NCBI GenBank assembly: GCA_964440235.1 | Contig: CAYTQI010000001.1 | Span: 31,444 to 95,443 of the forward strand | Source: an uncultured Planctomycetia bacterium | GTDB taxonomy: Bacteria; Omnitrophota; Gorgyraeia; JABMRN01; RBG-13-46-9 | DNA: 64,000 nucleotides | Reading direction: 5' to 3' | Part shown: positions 8,329-18,338 of the stretch, piece after piece | How positions within the stretch are numbered: position 1 is the first letter of the stretch | Layout of the letters: every line of letters starts with the position of its first letter | Notes under the pieces: generated by a model | Told to the model about the DNA's origin: nothing | What the model saw: only the letters and a program-made list of their open reading frames with translations | Databases searched by the model: none | Position numbers and translations under genes: made by a program

Positions 8329-9540
8329 CTATCTATTCCAACTTACTATCCTGGCCAGATCAACATCCGGGCCGAACTTCACGACCGGCATGGCGTGTGT
8401 ATACGTAATATAGGCGAAAAACTCCCACAAATTTATATCGCCCGAGCCCGCGATAATGACCCCATTGACGTCAACCCTTGCGCCTGTTTCCAGCACAACA
8501 AAATCGCTTTCCGCGTAAATAAGGGCTTCTTCGGCCTCAAGCTCCCCCCTCAATGAAACCCAGCCGCTTTTCCCGTAACCAATACGTATATCACCGGAAC
8601 GGCTCACTATAACGTTTTTGTCACCCGCTTTATGCTGCTGGAGCTTGCCTTCTCTTCTGCTAAACCAACCGGTCCTTACATCCTCTACAACGATCTCATC
8701 CGCCATCAAACCACCGTAGAGATGATTTGTGCCATGAAACGTGGCGGTTCCCTCAACATACACGACACCGTTTGCGGGATTTAGTGTTTTGTCGTCAAAA
8801 ATTTGATCGCCGGCGTAATAGTCCCCGGAATCGATTGCCTGATCGCGGTAATACCCATAATCAAATTCCGGAAAATTCACCGCCGCGTGGTTCCAATCGT
8901 GATGCGCGTCGTGGCCGCCCGAATATTGAACGCCGTCTACATTGATCCAGCTCAACCAACCCACCCTGATGTAAACCTGCGTATCATCATCAGTGGTGTA
9001 TGTGGCTGTTTCGGATACATCCATAAAACCCAAAAGAAGCCCCGTTCTTAACTGCACATTATTGTTGCCGTGGATACTTCCGTTTATGTCTGTTAAACTC
9101 GCGAAACCGGCGCGTATCCTGACATTGTTTCCGGCAGACATTATGTAATTCATCGCGCTCGGCGTAAGGTCTTCCACCTCCGCGGCGGCTGTTTTTGAAA
9201 TATTTTTCGCGCCGCCCGGGCCCTGCGTGAGGGTTCCGACGGAAGTCAAAAGTATTCGCCCGTCCGCCTGGGTAACAGTGACATTATATTCGCCGTCGCC
9301 AAGTCCCGCATTGAGTGGAAAAACAGAAAGGTCGAAATCGTCCGCGAGAGTGGCAACAGCCACGTTTATACCTGCCTCAGCTATATGCTGAGCTTCGGTA
9401 TTGTATCTAAGATACTGCACCGTGTGCATGTCCTGTAATAACATGTTGGAACCCGCCACCGCGATAAGAACCATAAGCATCGTAAGTATCATTACGATCA
9501 TGAATATCGTGCCTTTTTTGTCGCCGATAAATTTAAACAC
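8329..9540 (-). CDS. PilX-like minor pilin / pilus tip protein
   Basis: KKG|TIFMIVMILTMLMVL class III-like leader lacking E5, followed by AQHIAEAGIN (PilX N-terminal pattern). Confidence 0.75.
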   Translation of the reverse strand: MFKFIGDKKGTIFMIVMILTMLMVLIAVAGSNMLLQDMHTVQYLRYNTEAQHIAEAGINVAVATLADDFDLSVFPLNAGLGDGEYNVTVTQADGRILLTSVGTLTQGPGGAKNISKTAAAEVEDLTPSAMNYIMSAGNNVRIRAGFASLTDINGSIHGNNNVQLRTGLLLGFMDVSETATYTTDDDTQVYIRVGWLSWINVDGVQYSGGHDAHHDWNHAAVNFPEFDYGYYRDQAIDSGDYYAGDQIFDDKTLNPANGVVYVEGTATFHGTNHLYGGLMADEIVVEDVRTGWFSRREGKLQQHKAGDKNVIVSRSGDIRIGYGKSGWVSLRGELEAEEALIYAESDFVVLETGARVDVNGVIIAGSGDINLWEFFAYITYTHAMPVVKFGPDVDLARIVSWNR

Positions 9541-9561
9541 GTCTAATCCGTTTCCATTGTT

Positions 9562-11862
9562 TTATTTACCCGTATTTCTCGGTTGGACCTCGGCCGTAAG
9601 CGACACTTCATTTGTGGTATCCGCAAGGTCTTCGGAAACATTTATTTTAAATTCCAGGCTCTTTTGAAGCAGTTGTCCGTCAATAGAGAGGCTAATAATT
9701 CCATAATTCGGTTTCTGAACAAAATAACCGCTTATTTCGCATACTTTCTCCGTACCCGGCCAGCTTATAGTAACGTTGTCTATCCATGGGCAATTAGCCG
9801 CCGGTGACAGCCACTCGCCGCAGGTAGCGCACGTCATGTTCCCGCTTTTATAGTCCGCGTCGGTTCTGGTAAAAAGCGGGTGATTGATGCACGTCCAGTA
9901 AGGCGTAGATGAAAGATTCGCTCTAAATTGCGCGTATCTTCCGTTGCCTATAGTTCCCCATTCACTGGCGTCTTGCATGTCATCGGTGTCGCTTGATCGG
10001 GCCTGGACAACTACACTTGAGCCTGCCGGCTCAAATTCCGTACGCCTTATCGTACCGTCGTAAGCGGGTGAGATAAGTTCCGTATCATATGACTCGGAAG
10101 TAATACTGCCTTCGCCCGACCAGACATCCAGGCTGGCCGTAACATAAGTATAACGCGAGGATGTGCAGTCATCCCCCTCGTCCGGCGGGTCAGGTAATTC
10201 GTCCGGCGGATTAAACAGGGCGCCTGTCCTGTCAACAGGAACGGCCCAATTATCATCGGAAGCATAATCGTCAAAATGCAGATATGAACCGGTGCCGGTT
10301 GCAACCGGCCAGTAACATACGTAAGCCTGAGCGGCACTGCTCTCAATATGGAAGGTAACAAGATAATCCTTCTGGTTATCAGGATCGATCGTAATCGGAT
10401 AAATGGCCCAATTCGAATATCTCGATTCCCCAAGCGGAATTATACCTCCCGGTTCAATATTGCCGTTACCGGTTTCAAGTATCACCCCGTTTGCGTCCAC
10501 GTTGAAAAAAAGTTGAACGCGCGTATTATTGGTGGCCGGAACAGCCGGATTATAAACAGGGTTATGCTCATTTCCCGAAGTGCCGTCCCGCTCATCGATA
10601 TACGCGGACGTGATCTTGAGGTAATTTATCGTAGGATCAAGCGGCGGGGACGGAAGCGGGGAATGACAGGCAAAATTTACCCTGACAAGATCCCCTTCAA
10701 GCGTAAGAGCTCCGTATGAAACAACGTTACGGACCGTGATATTGTTAAGCGGGTAAGGATTTCCCCCGGCATCATTATAATCTGTCTGTGCGACGCCTGT
10801 CTGATCGTCCGCCTGCCAGGTAGTTTCAATTCCCTCATCCTGAAGGAAATTTGGTAATTTTACATACAGGTCATCACCGGTAAGAATAGTGTTTTCCCTC
10901 TGGGATACCCCGCGCCAATTTGATTCCCGCCACAGGTCATAATACATCCTGAAAGTAACAAAATCACTCACAGCGCCTGAACTGAACTCAAAATAATTTT
11001 TTCCGCTCCAGGTTTCATCCGGCCCCACTTTTGAACTTACGCCTCCGTCCGAGCCGGCAACTGTATCAAGTAAATCATTGTGATTAACGCAGACCTCCAT
11101 TTCTCTGGCAGAACCGCTCGGCGTGATGGAAAGCGAGTCTATGCCCATAGCGAAACCGGAGGAATCCTCATCCTTACCGATCACCTCAAATGTCAGGTCG
11201 TGATAACCCGGCGCGAGATTAATACAACCAAAGCTTACGTTTGTTCTTTTGATATCGGGGCTGTATCCGTTAAAACCAAGGGCTTTCGGAGACACGCTAA
11301 AATCGATTGTCTGGCGTGAACGTTCAGTTTCCGAACGCGGTAAAAATTTATCATCAGTGACAGAGTTCGCGGCGTTTTCAGCCGCGGAGCCGTCTCCGTT
11401 TTCAACGACGCTGGCAAGCTGCGCCTCTCTCCTCGCGCTATCCATTATTATGTCGTGATTGTTGGTAAACACCGTTCTTCGCAACTCTTTATTTCCAGTC
11501 TCATCATTCTCGTACAGGTGATAAAGAACGCTTGTATCCCAGTATATGTTTTCTCCGTCCAGTGCAAAAAATCCGTTTTCATCGGCTTGCGCGAGTGGTA
11601 AGCTTAAGCCTTCATAGGTAACAGCGTCATCCGGATAACCGCTTGTGTAGGTCGCGCTCGAGAGCCTGGCGTCTGATTTAATGCGCTCCATCGCTACTTC
11701 TAAATTGGCGCGCATTCTGGTCCTTACATTCTCGACTGACCAGTTTTTATACGCAAAATACCACATCCCGATAACGGTTGCTGTTAAAAAAGCGCTTATC
11801 GCGACGGCCATAAGAACCTCTGGTATCGTAAAGCCGCTAGAGCGTAGCGTGTTCCTGCTCAT
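9562..11862 (-). CDS. Large PilW-like minor pilin with inserted adhesin-type domains (766 aa)
   Basis: SSG|FTIPEVL prepilin site, acidic beta-rich body and a C-terminal SLTAEVQPRN pilin-like closure. Confidence 0.75.
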   Translation of the reverse strand: MSRNTLRSSGFTIPEVLMAVAISAFLTATVIGMWYFAYKNWSVENVRTRMRANLEVAMERIKSDARLSSATYTSGYPDDAVTYEGLSLPLAQADENGFFALDGENIYWDTSVLYHLYENDETGNKELRRTVFTNNHDIIMDSARREAQLASVVENGDGSAAENAANSVTDDKFLPRSETERSRQTIDFSVSPKALGFNGYSPDIKRTNVSFGCINLAPGYHDLTFEVIGKDEDSSGFAMGIDSLSITPSGSAREMEVCVNHNDLLDTVAGSDGGVSSKVGPDETWSGKNYFEFSSGAVSDFVTFRMYYDLWRESNWRGVSQRENTILTGDDLYVKLPNFLQDEGIETTWQADDQTGVAQTDYNDAGGNPYPLNNITVRNVVSYGALTLEGDLVRVNFACHSPLPSPPLDPTINYLKITSAYIDERDGTSGNEHNPVYNPAVPATNNTRVQLFFNVDANGVILETGNGNIEPGGIIPLGESRYSNWAIYPITIDPDNQKDYLVTFHIESSAAQAYVCYWPVATGTGSYLHFDDYASDDNWAVPVDRTGALFNPPDELPDPPDEGDDCTSSRYTYVTASLDVWSGEGSITSESYDTELISPAYDGTIRRTEFEPAGSSVVVQARSSDTDDMQDASEWGTIGNGRYAQFRANLSSTPYWTCINHPLFTRTDADYKSGNMTCATCGEWLSPAANCPWIDNVTISWPGTEKVCEISGYFVQKPNYGIISLSIDGQLLQKSLEFKINVSEDLADTTNEVSLTAEVQPRNTGK

Positions 11863-11870
11863 GGTAAACC

Positions 11871-12323
11871 TTATTCTTCCTCCTCTTTCATCTTCACAAA
11901 AACCGTGCTCATGTTTATGGTATAGGGAACCTTGCTCTGCTTATATTCATAAGTGAGATTAACGTCAACCTTCGTCAATCGCTCACTTCCCGTATATCCG
12001 GTTGTAATCGTTGTTGAGCGTATAAAATCCCCGTTTTCATCCGGCACGCCATTTTGATCGAAGTGAGCCTCATCCTCTCCGAAACGCTCGTCCGTTACCG
12101 AATCAAATCCGTTTACATCGATGTAACCCCGTATCCTTTCTATCCTGCTTTTCGCGAGATTCGTGGCGACATATTCATAATCAGTCCTCCGGGATATATC
12201 TACGATCTGGACAAATGTAAAAAGAACCCCTGAGAGGACAACGCCGATTATGACCGCTGAAAACAGCACTTCCACAAGGGTAACGCCGCGGGGGGGATTA
12301 ATCGAAATGGATATCTTCGACAT
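11871..12323 (-). CDS. PilV-like minor pilin
   Basis: PRG|VTLVEVLFSAVII prepilin cleavage/methylation motif; ATNLAKSRIERIR helix. Confidence 0.8.
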   Translation of the reverse strand: MSKISISINPPRGVTLVEVLFSAVIIGVVLSGVLFTFVQIVDISRRTDYEYVATNLAKSRIERIRGYIDVNGFDSVTDERFGEDEAHFDQNGVPDENGDFIRSTTITTGYTGSERLTKVDVNLTYEYKQSKVPYTINMSTVFVKMKEEEE

Positions 12324-13782
12324 GGAGTTTTGAATCGCTCCTTACCGTTATCTTTTTTCTGAACCTTCTTTCAAGATTGCGCAGGACATCCCTAAATGAC
12401 GTCTCTAGGTAATTACTCACGTCTGAATGAAGTGTAAGCGTTATCTCCCGGGAACGCCTCTCGCACAGGGCCCTGCGCAGTCGCCGGATCGTTTCAATCG
12501 CGATGGTGGCCGGGGTTTTAACGCGCCCCATTCCTGTGCAGTACGGGCACTCCTTGAAGGAAACGCTTTCCACTGTTTTCCGTATTCTCTGCCTGGTCAT
12601 CTCAATCAGGCCTATCGGGGAAATCGCCAGAATTTTTATTTTGGCCTTATCTTTTTTGAAAGCGGCCTCAAGCACGCCAAGCACTTCTTTTCTGTGCGGG
12701 CGCTCATTCATATCTATGAAGTCTATAACAATAATACCGCCGATATTGCGCAACATCACCTGCCGCGCAATTTCCCTCGCCGCTTCAATGTTTGTCTTGA
12801 AAGCCGTTTCCTCCGGATTTTTTTTACCCGTAAATTTCCCGGTATTTACGTCTATCGCGACAAGGCCTTCGGTCTGTTCGATTACGATAGAGCCCCCGTT
12901 TTTCAAGATCACTTTTCTGCGGAAAATTTCCTCTATGCGTCCTTCAATGCCGTATTTTTCGAATAACGGAATTTTCCCCCCGTAATAAAAAATTTTGCGC
13001 CTCAGGTTCGAACGTATCGAATGAATAAAACGGCATATCTTGCGGTACTCTTCTTTTGAATCCACCAGAATCTTCTCGATATGCTCGTCGGAGTAATCGC
13101 GTATTATCCTGAGGGGAACGTCATATTCCTCGAAAATACAGGAAGGGGCTTTTTGTTTTTCGGCGCGGCGCTGTATGCGCGTCCAAAGGCCCGAGAGATA
13201 CCGCAATTCCAGGCGCAGCTGCCGCTGGCTAGCGTCTGAAGATTCGGTTCGCGCTATGCAACCCGATCCCTTTGGCAATGCGAGCTGTCCGAGTATTTCT
13301 TTGAGCCGGGATCTTTGGCCCCTGTCTTCGACCCGCTTTGAAATCCCTATTGTATCGCTGAATGGCACAAAAACAAGGTATTTCCCGGGAAGGCTTATAT
13401 CGGTCGTAAGGAGGGGGCCCTTTGAACCGATCGGCTCTTTCACGACCTGAACAAAAAGTTCCTGCCCTTTCTTCGGCGTGCTTCGGCGCGTTCCCCTGTC
13501 TATTTCCGCGCGTTTTTTTTCCAGAACAACTTCTTCGTCCAAAAATGAATGCGCGCGGTTTTCCTCCGCGTCCTTTATATACAAAAATCCATTTTTACCG
13601 GTCCCTATATTTACAAAAAGCGCGCCTATGCCCGGCACGACAGATTCGATGACCCCTTTGTAAATATTTCCTGCCAGGCGCTGCTGGCCTGTCCTTTCCA
13701 CAAGAAATTCCTCAAGCCCGCCCCGGCCGGTAATAGCCACCCTTTTCTCAAAAGGCTCGACATTGATTAAAATTTGTTTCAT
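12298..13782 (-). CDS. rng: Ribonuclease G (Rne/Rng family)
   Basis: S1 domain (GNIYKG...VPGIGALFVNIG), motifs AIDVNTG and GGIIVIDFIDM, and the CPYCTGMG Zn-link. Confidence 0.95.
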   Translation of the reverse strand: MKQILINVEPFEKRVAITGRGGLEEFLVERTGQQRLAGNIYKGVIESVVPGIGALFVNIGTGKNGFLYIKDAEENRAHSFLDEEVVLEKKRAEIDRGTRRSTPKKGQELFVQVVKEPIGSKGPLLTTDISLPGKYLVFVPFSDTIGISKRVEDRGQRSRLKEILGQLALPKGSGCIARTESSDASQRQLRLELRYLSGLWTRIQRRAEKQKAPSCIFEEYDVPLRIIRDYSDEHIEKILVDSKEEYRKICRFIHSIRSNLRRKIFYYGGKIPLFEKYGIEGRIEEIFRRKVILKNGGSIVIEQTEGLVAIDVNTGKFTGKKNPEETAFKTNIEAAREIARQVMLRNIGGIIVIDFIDMNERPHRKEVLGVLEAAFKKDKAKIKILAISPIGLIEMTRQRIRKTVESVSFKECPYCTGMGRVKTPATIAIETIRRLRRALCERRSREITLTLHSDVSNYLETSFRDVLRNLERRFRKKITVRSDSKLHVEDIHFD

Positions 13783-15473
13783 TTCTTATTTTTCCGGAAA
13801 TCAAACAGTGGTCTGGATTTCGCTTTTTTTTCGAATGGAATTAATTTTGACATTTTATCTTTCTCAACATTTCCGGCGTTAATAACTTCAACGGGCGGCA
13901 TCTGGTCTCTCACTTCCCCGTCTAAATCCTCCGCTTCCTCCAGGTCCAGAACCAAATCAGACAGATCCCTGGTGGCGAATTTCTTCAATGCATCCAGGTC
14001 CTTAATGATATGTACCGTCATAAAAAAAACAAGTTCAACCTTCTCCCTTGTTTCGGTTTTATATTTAAAAATCGGGCCGATAACGGGAAAGTCGCCGATA
14101 AGGTCCCCTAAAATCGGGAATTTTTTGTCGTATTCTTTCAGATTCTCCTTTATTAAACCCCCTATAAAAATGGTTTCGGCGTCCCTCATCATTACCTGTG
14201 TTTCCGCTTCCCTGGTAGAGAAAACCGGAAGCCAGAAATATTCCGTTATGTACTGCTGTCCGATCACGTCTTTGATCTCGGGCTTTACCTCTACCTCAAT
14301 GTCACCGTTCGCGTTTATGTGCGGTGTTACCATCAGGCGTATGCCTATCTCCTCTTTTTCTATTTCATATGTCCACCTTTCCTGGCCGCCCGTATCCTGT
14401 TTTTGCTCTATCTCGGAAATATAATTAAACACCTTGCCCACAAACATCTTGGCCGGTTTATTGTTAAGCGTAGTTATCCGGGGGCTTGAGATTATATCTG
14501 TATCGGACCTTGTTTTTAAATATTCCATAACCGCGCCAAACTGCGAAAAATCAAGTGTACCGTATGTAAATTGATCCGCTTCTACAAAAGGAAACTCAAA
14601 TATGCCGCCATCCCTTGTGGTTGGATAATCGCTCGGTGTGTCCTGCCCTACCGTGCCGCTAACAGGGTCTGTTGTTGATGACAATCCCGCTGTTTGGCCA
14701 AACGGGAAAAACCTGTCAAGTGCGCGCGGAAGAAGTATATCTTCCGTATTCCAGTGCGCGAAAGGAAATGTTACAGGCCTTTTCGCGCCGGAGGCGGAAA
14801 TTACCAGGTTCCAGTTTATACCCAGCCTCTCCTCGTCGCCAAGCACGGTCTCGATGATCTTCGCCTCTATCATGATTTGCGGAGTTTTCCTGTCAAGCGA
14901 GCGGATTATCTGCTTTATTTTGTAAATATTCGTCGCGAGATCCGTTACCACGATAGCGTTAATTCTCGCGTCATAGGTAAGCTTGCCCCTGTCCGTTAAC
15001 ATGTCTTTTACGGCTTCCTGAGCGTCTTCGGCGTTTGTGTAATTAAGCGGGACAACCTCGGTTGAAAGCTCCTCCATCTTTAGGCTGTTCAGGGTTACAA
15101 CCCTTATGATTCCGCCTTCGCGTTCATAGGCAAATCCGTAATTTTTAACGATTATATCAAGCGCTACCTCCCATGGTTTATCCGTCAGTTTCAGCGTTAC
15201 GGCGCCTGTTACATCGGGTGCCGGAACAATATCGACCCCGCTCACCTCGGAAAGGTAGTTTAAAACGGCCCTTATGTCCGCGCCTTTGAAATCAACGGTT
15301 ACGTTGCCCGGTTTAACATAAACCGCGGCGTTATCCTGGCCTATCGCGGCAACGTCGTTTTTCACCACGTTTGCCGGCGGCGCTGTCTCCTGAGAATAGG
15401 AGCGTACCGTTGTAAAAACAATCGCTAAAAAAACACCTGCCGCGATAGCCGTAATGGTGTTCCTCTTAGTCAT
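13779..15473 (-). CDS. pilQ: Type IV pilus secretin (short form, no AMIN domains)
   Basis: N0 domain (VDFKGADIRAVL...PWEVALD), motifs PQIMIEAKIIE, SSPRITTLNN and PILGDLIGDFPVIGPIF; follows pilMNOP. Confidence 0.9.
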   Translation of the reverse strand: MTKRNTITAIAAGVFLAIVFTTVRSYSQETAPPANVVKNDVAAIGQDNAAVYVKPGNVTVDFKGADIRAVLNYLSEVSGVDIVPAPDVTGAVTLKLTDKPWEVALDIIVKNYGFAYEREGGIIRVVTLNSLKMEELSTEVVPLNYTNAEDAQEAVKDMLTDRGKLTYDARINAIVVTDLATNIYKIKQIIRSLDRKTPQIMIEAKIIETVLGDEERLGINWNLVISASGAKRPVTFPFAHWNTEDILLPRALDRFFPFGQTAGLSSTTDPVSGTVGQDTPSDYPTTRDGGIFEFPFVEADQFTYGTLDFSQFGAVMEYLKTRSDTDIISSPRITTLNNKPAKMFVGKVFNYISEIEQKQDTGGQERWTYEIEKEEIGIRLMVTPHINANGDIEVEVKPEIKDVIGQQYITEYFWLPVFSTREAETQVMMRDAETIFIGGLIKENLKEYDKKFPILGDLIGDFPVIGPIFKYKTETREKVELVFFMTVHIIKDLDALKKFATRDLSDLVLDLEEAEDLDGEVRDQMPPVEVINAGNVEKDKMSKLIPFEKKAKSRPLFDFRKNKK

Positions 15474-15488
15474 TTCGCCCCCCTTTTT

Positions 15489-15890
15489 TTAGTTGTCTTT
15501 TTTGCTATAAAGATCAAGCCTGTATTCCTCTTCGTCAATTGTTAAAATCACGCTGTCTTTCAAAATTTTTTTTACCGTCAGACGCCCTCCGCCCTCGCCT
15601 TCTCTTACCATTTCGCTGTTTATGATCACGGCTTTTTTGCCGGTAGAGTCAAACGCTATCCCCTGGAGGCTTACATCATCAACGCTGAGAATGTCCTCTA
15701 GGGAATTAACCTTTGCTGATGTAACGCCTAAGAGCGGAACAAACGGATCACGCTTGCCGCCGTGATCATAGACATATGGCTCATTTTTTCTTTCTTTTTC
15801 ATCAGAAAGAGCTTTCCCATTCTCGGCATATGCCGCTGGCGCGCCGCTCAGTAAAAAAAGAATTGCCGTTATTAAAAAACCTGTCTTCAT
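15489..15890 (-). CDS. pilP: PilP-like pilus assembly protein
   Basis: Signal peptide, KRDPFVPL motif and LQGI...AVIIN beta domain; lies between pilO and pilQ. Start refined to 15890. Confidence 0.7.
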   Translation of the reverse strand: MKTGFLITAILFLLSGAPAAYAENGKALSDEKERKNEPYVYDHGGKRDPFVPLLGVTSAKVNSLEDILSVDDVSLQGIAFDSTGKKAVIINSEMVREGEGGGRLTVKKILKDSVILTIDEEEYRLDLYSKKDN

Positions 15891-15897
15891 GCGCTCC

Positions 15898-16500
15898 TTA
15901 TGTCTGCTTCTCAAACGTGAATACATATACGATAAATTCAGCATCGTGCCTTTTGGGGTTGAAGCTGTTTGATTTTATTTTTATGTCCGAAACCTGCATA
16001 TAGCGGTCATCATTTTCCAGCCTGTTTATGAAAGTGCCCAGCTCGTGATAACCGCTCTGGGCTTTTATCTCTATCGGAACCTCCTGATAAATATTTTCCG
16101 CGGATATGCCTTTCTCTTTTTTTTCAACCGGGGTTATGCTTAATATTTTAACACGCGAACTCCTGGCAAGGCGCGAGAAACTCTCCAGAAGCATCGGTAT
16201 TTCTTTCTCCCGTGAAAGCTTCTTCTCATAACGGCCCAACTTTTGACGCAGGGCTCCCAGATTCCTTTTGAAACGATCTTCAAAATCCAGGTCGTTACGC
16301 ACTTCTTTTATCTCAGCGCGTAATTTATGCGCTTGCGGCACCAGCTCAAAGAGCTTTCCGATACTCGGTTTTAAAAAAAAGAAAAAATAAACAAGGAAAA
16401 CAACGAGAAGCGAAGAAGCGTAGATAAGAAGCACCTTCTTTTTCCCCTCATCCAGCTCAAAAACGGGAAGGGTTTTAAGTAATTCCTGCAAAGAAGGCAT
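15898..16500 (-). CDS. pilO: Type IV pilus alignment protein PilO
   Basis: Single TM, coiled coil, EIPMLL and GYHELGTFINRLE. Confidence 0.88.
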   Translation of the reverse strand: MPSLQELLKTLPVFELDEGKKKVLLIYASSLLVVFLVYFFFFLKPSIGKLFELVPQAHKLRAEIKEVRNDLDFEDRFKRNLGALRQKLGRYEKKLSREKEIPMLLESFSRLARSSRVKILSITPVEKKEKGISAENIYQEVPIEIKAQSGYHELGTFINRLENDDRYMQVSDIKIKSNSFNPKRHDAEFIVYVFTFEKQT

Positions 16501-17196
16501 TTATTCTTCCTTTCCCCGCGACCGGCGTTCGCAGGCCAGGGTAAAATTCATTACATCCCTTTCTTCGACCACGCTTTTTTTCATGGAAACAAGCTCTACA
16601 TCCGCGAAATCCCGAAAGAAATCCCTGTTATCCTTTAACGAACGTATAAATCGCGCTACGTTCGCGGTTGTTTCCTCGCCCAACCCCGTCGCAAACCCGG
16701 ATATGGTAAGCATCCCTCCGCTCGGCTGCGCCTGTTTGGCCGCGTCCGGCCTGGCACGTTTTTTTGAATTTTTTTTCGCCGAGGTGGGCCGTTGTTTTTT
16801 TTGATTTCGCGCCGGTATTTTTCTGTTTTTTTCTTCGCAGACAAGTTCTGTTATCCAGATATTTGGGGTCAGGCTGTTGCTTAATTCATTAAGCAGGCGG
16901 GCCCAGTTGGGCTGCTCCTCTATGAGGCCGTCAATAGCGCTGGTCACCCTGGTCCCGGATGCTATCTCGCGCTTTATCTTGTCTAATTCCGCTTTCTTCG
17001 GAGCTAGGTTCTTCCAGGTTTTTTCCAGGCCGGTAAGCTGTTTTCTGCTTATGAATAAAAGCCCGCTGAGAAATAGTTGTATAAGAATAAGCGCGCCGAT
17101 AAAACAGGCCAGGATCGGAATAATAGGAATTTCGGGAAGCGCAAGCTTCTTTCTTTTCTTTTTAAATTCCCTGGGCAGCAGATTTAATTCTATCAT
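16501..17196 (-). CDS. pilN: Type IV pilus alignment protein PilN
   Basis: N-terminal IELNLLP, single TM, and WARLLNELSNSLTPNIWI. Confidence 0.9.
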   Translation of the reverse strand: MIELNLLPREFKKKRKKLALPEIPIIPILACFIGALILIQLFLSGLLFISRKQLTGLEKTWKNLAPKKAELDKIKREIASGTRVTSAIDGLIEEQPNWARLLNELSNSLTPNIWITELVCEEKNRKIPARNQKKQRPTSAKKNSKKRARPDAAKQAQPSGGMLTISGFATGLGEETTANVARFIRSLKDNRDFFRDFADVELVSMKKSVVEERDVMNFTLACERRSRGKEE

Positions 17197-18212
17197 TTCC
17201 TGATTGCAAGGCCCGCCGCAACACCAAATTGCACCCCGGCCTTCTCCGTGAGGCCGGCGTCTATCTCGGGGCCTTTTTCAAATTTTGAAAGCGGGTTCCA
17301 TGTCGAGACTTTTGTTTCAAAGCTCTCTTCCAGAGAATTCAGAATTCCGGGAAAGCGCGAAACTCCGCCCGACACGTAAATCTCGTCAACACCCTTTCCG
17401 TACTGATTTTCATAATAACCAAAAGAAAGTCGCAGTTCATCGGCAAGGCTTCTCAAAACAGGCCGGACCGCTTCTATGACCTGGTCCGATTTTTCGCCGG
17501 GGTCAAATATGAATTTATCCGAATCTTTTTCTTCTATCCGGAAAGCTTGTGAAATTGCTTTAGCCATGTCCGCGCCCGCGATTTGTATGTCCCTGGTAAA
17601 AAAGGGCTTCGTGCCCCGGGCGATCACCACATTTGTATGCGTATGGCCAATGTTAAGAAGTACCGTGCTTCTGGATTCATCCGAAGGCCCGTTCGATTTG
17701 CAAAACGCGTTAAAACAGGCAAAGCTGTCGATATCGATTAACGACACCGAAAAACCCGACTGCTTCAGCATTTCAAGAGTGGAATTAACAATGTTTTTCT
17801 TCGCTGCGGCGAGAAGCACTCGCATCTGGTTTTTGTCATCAGCCGCCGCATCAAGTATGCACGCGTCTATGAAGACTTCATTGATATTAAAGGGGATATA
17901 TTTTTCCGCTTCAAAATTGAGAGAATTCATGAGGTCGTTCTCTTTCATATTAGGCATGGTAATGAATCTTACGATGGCCGCGGGCGCGGAAAGCGAGATG
18001 CTAACCTCGTTGGTAGCCGGTTTGAACGATTCCGATAGCTTCGCAAGGGCCTTGGCTGTATTTTCCGGCGTGGCGGGTAATGCTATCTCTGCTAGATTTA
18101 TTTTTGTGATTCGGGAGATTTCGTTTTCCGAAGATAATTCGAGAGCCTTGATAAGCCGAGTGCCTATATCCAAACCGACGCGAACTACTTTTACCGGCGC
18201 TTTATTTTTCAT
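17193..18212 (-). CDS. pilM: Type IV pilus assembly actin-like protein PilM
   Basis: Motifs VGLDIG, EAEKYIPF, VLLAAAKK, LNIG and VSGG. Confidence 0.93.
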   Translation of the reverse strand: MKNKAPVKVVRVGLDIGTRLIKALELSSENEISRITKINLAEIALPATPENTAKALAKLSESFKPATNEVSISLSAPAAIVRFITMPNMKENDLMNSLNFEAEKYIPFNINEVFIDACILDAAADDKNQMRVLLAAAKKNIVNSTLEMLKQSGFSVSLIDIDSFACFNAFCKSNGPSDESRSTVLLNIGHTHTNVVIARGTKPFFTRDIQIAGADMAKAISQAFRIEEKDSDKFIFDPGEKSDQVIEAVRPVLRSLADELRLSFGYYENQYGKGVDEIYVSGGVSRFPGILNSLEESFETKVSTWNPLSKFEKGPEIDAGLTEKAGVQFGVAAGLAIRK

Positions 18213-18232
18213 ACATATTATATGCTATCACG

Positions 18233-18261
18233 AGAATAGCACATGAGGGGGTATTTGTCAA
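18233..18261 (-). promoter_or_regulatory. Sigma70-type promoter of pilMNOPQ
   Basis: TTGACA-17 nt-TATTCT, with TGTGC before the -10. Confidence 0.7.
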
Positions 18262-18338
18262 GCCTATCCATGAAAAAGTGTAATGAAATCGTGATAGGAA
18301 TCTGGGCTGGCTGTTAAATACGAGGCGAAATAATTTTC

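Noticed and set aside
16368-16390. Homopolymer A/T runs in pilO (and many other genes) as phase-variation tracts
   Set aside because: Runs of 7-9 A/T are common throughout this Lys/Phe-rich sequence and all frames are intact.
16730-16840. Lys/Arg-rich low-complexity insert in PilN
   Set aside because: Variable disordered loops are common in PilN, and no repeat or mobile signature is visible.
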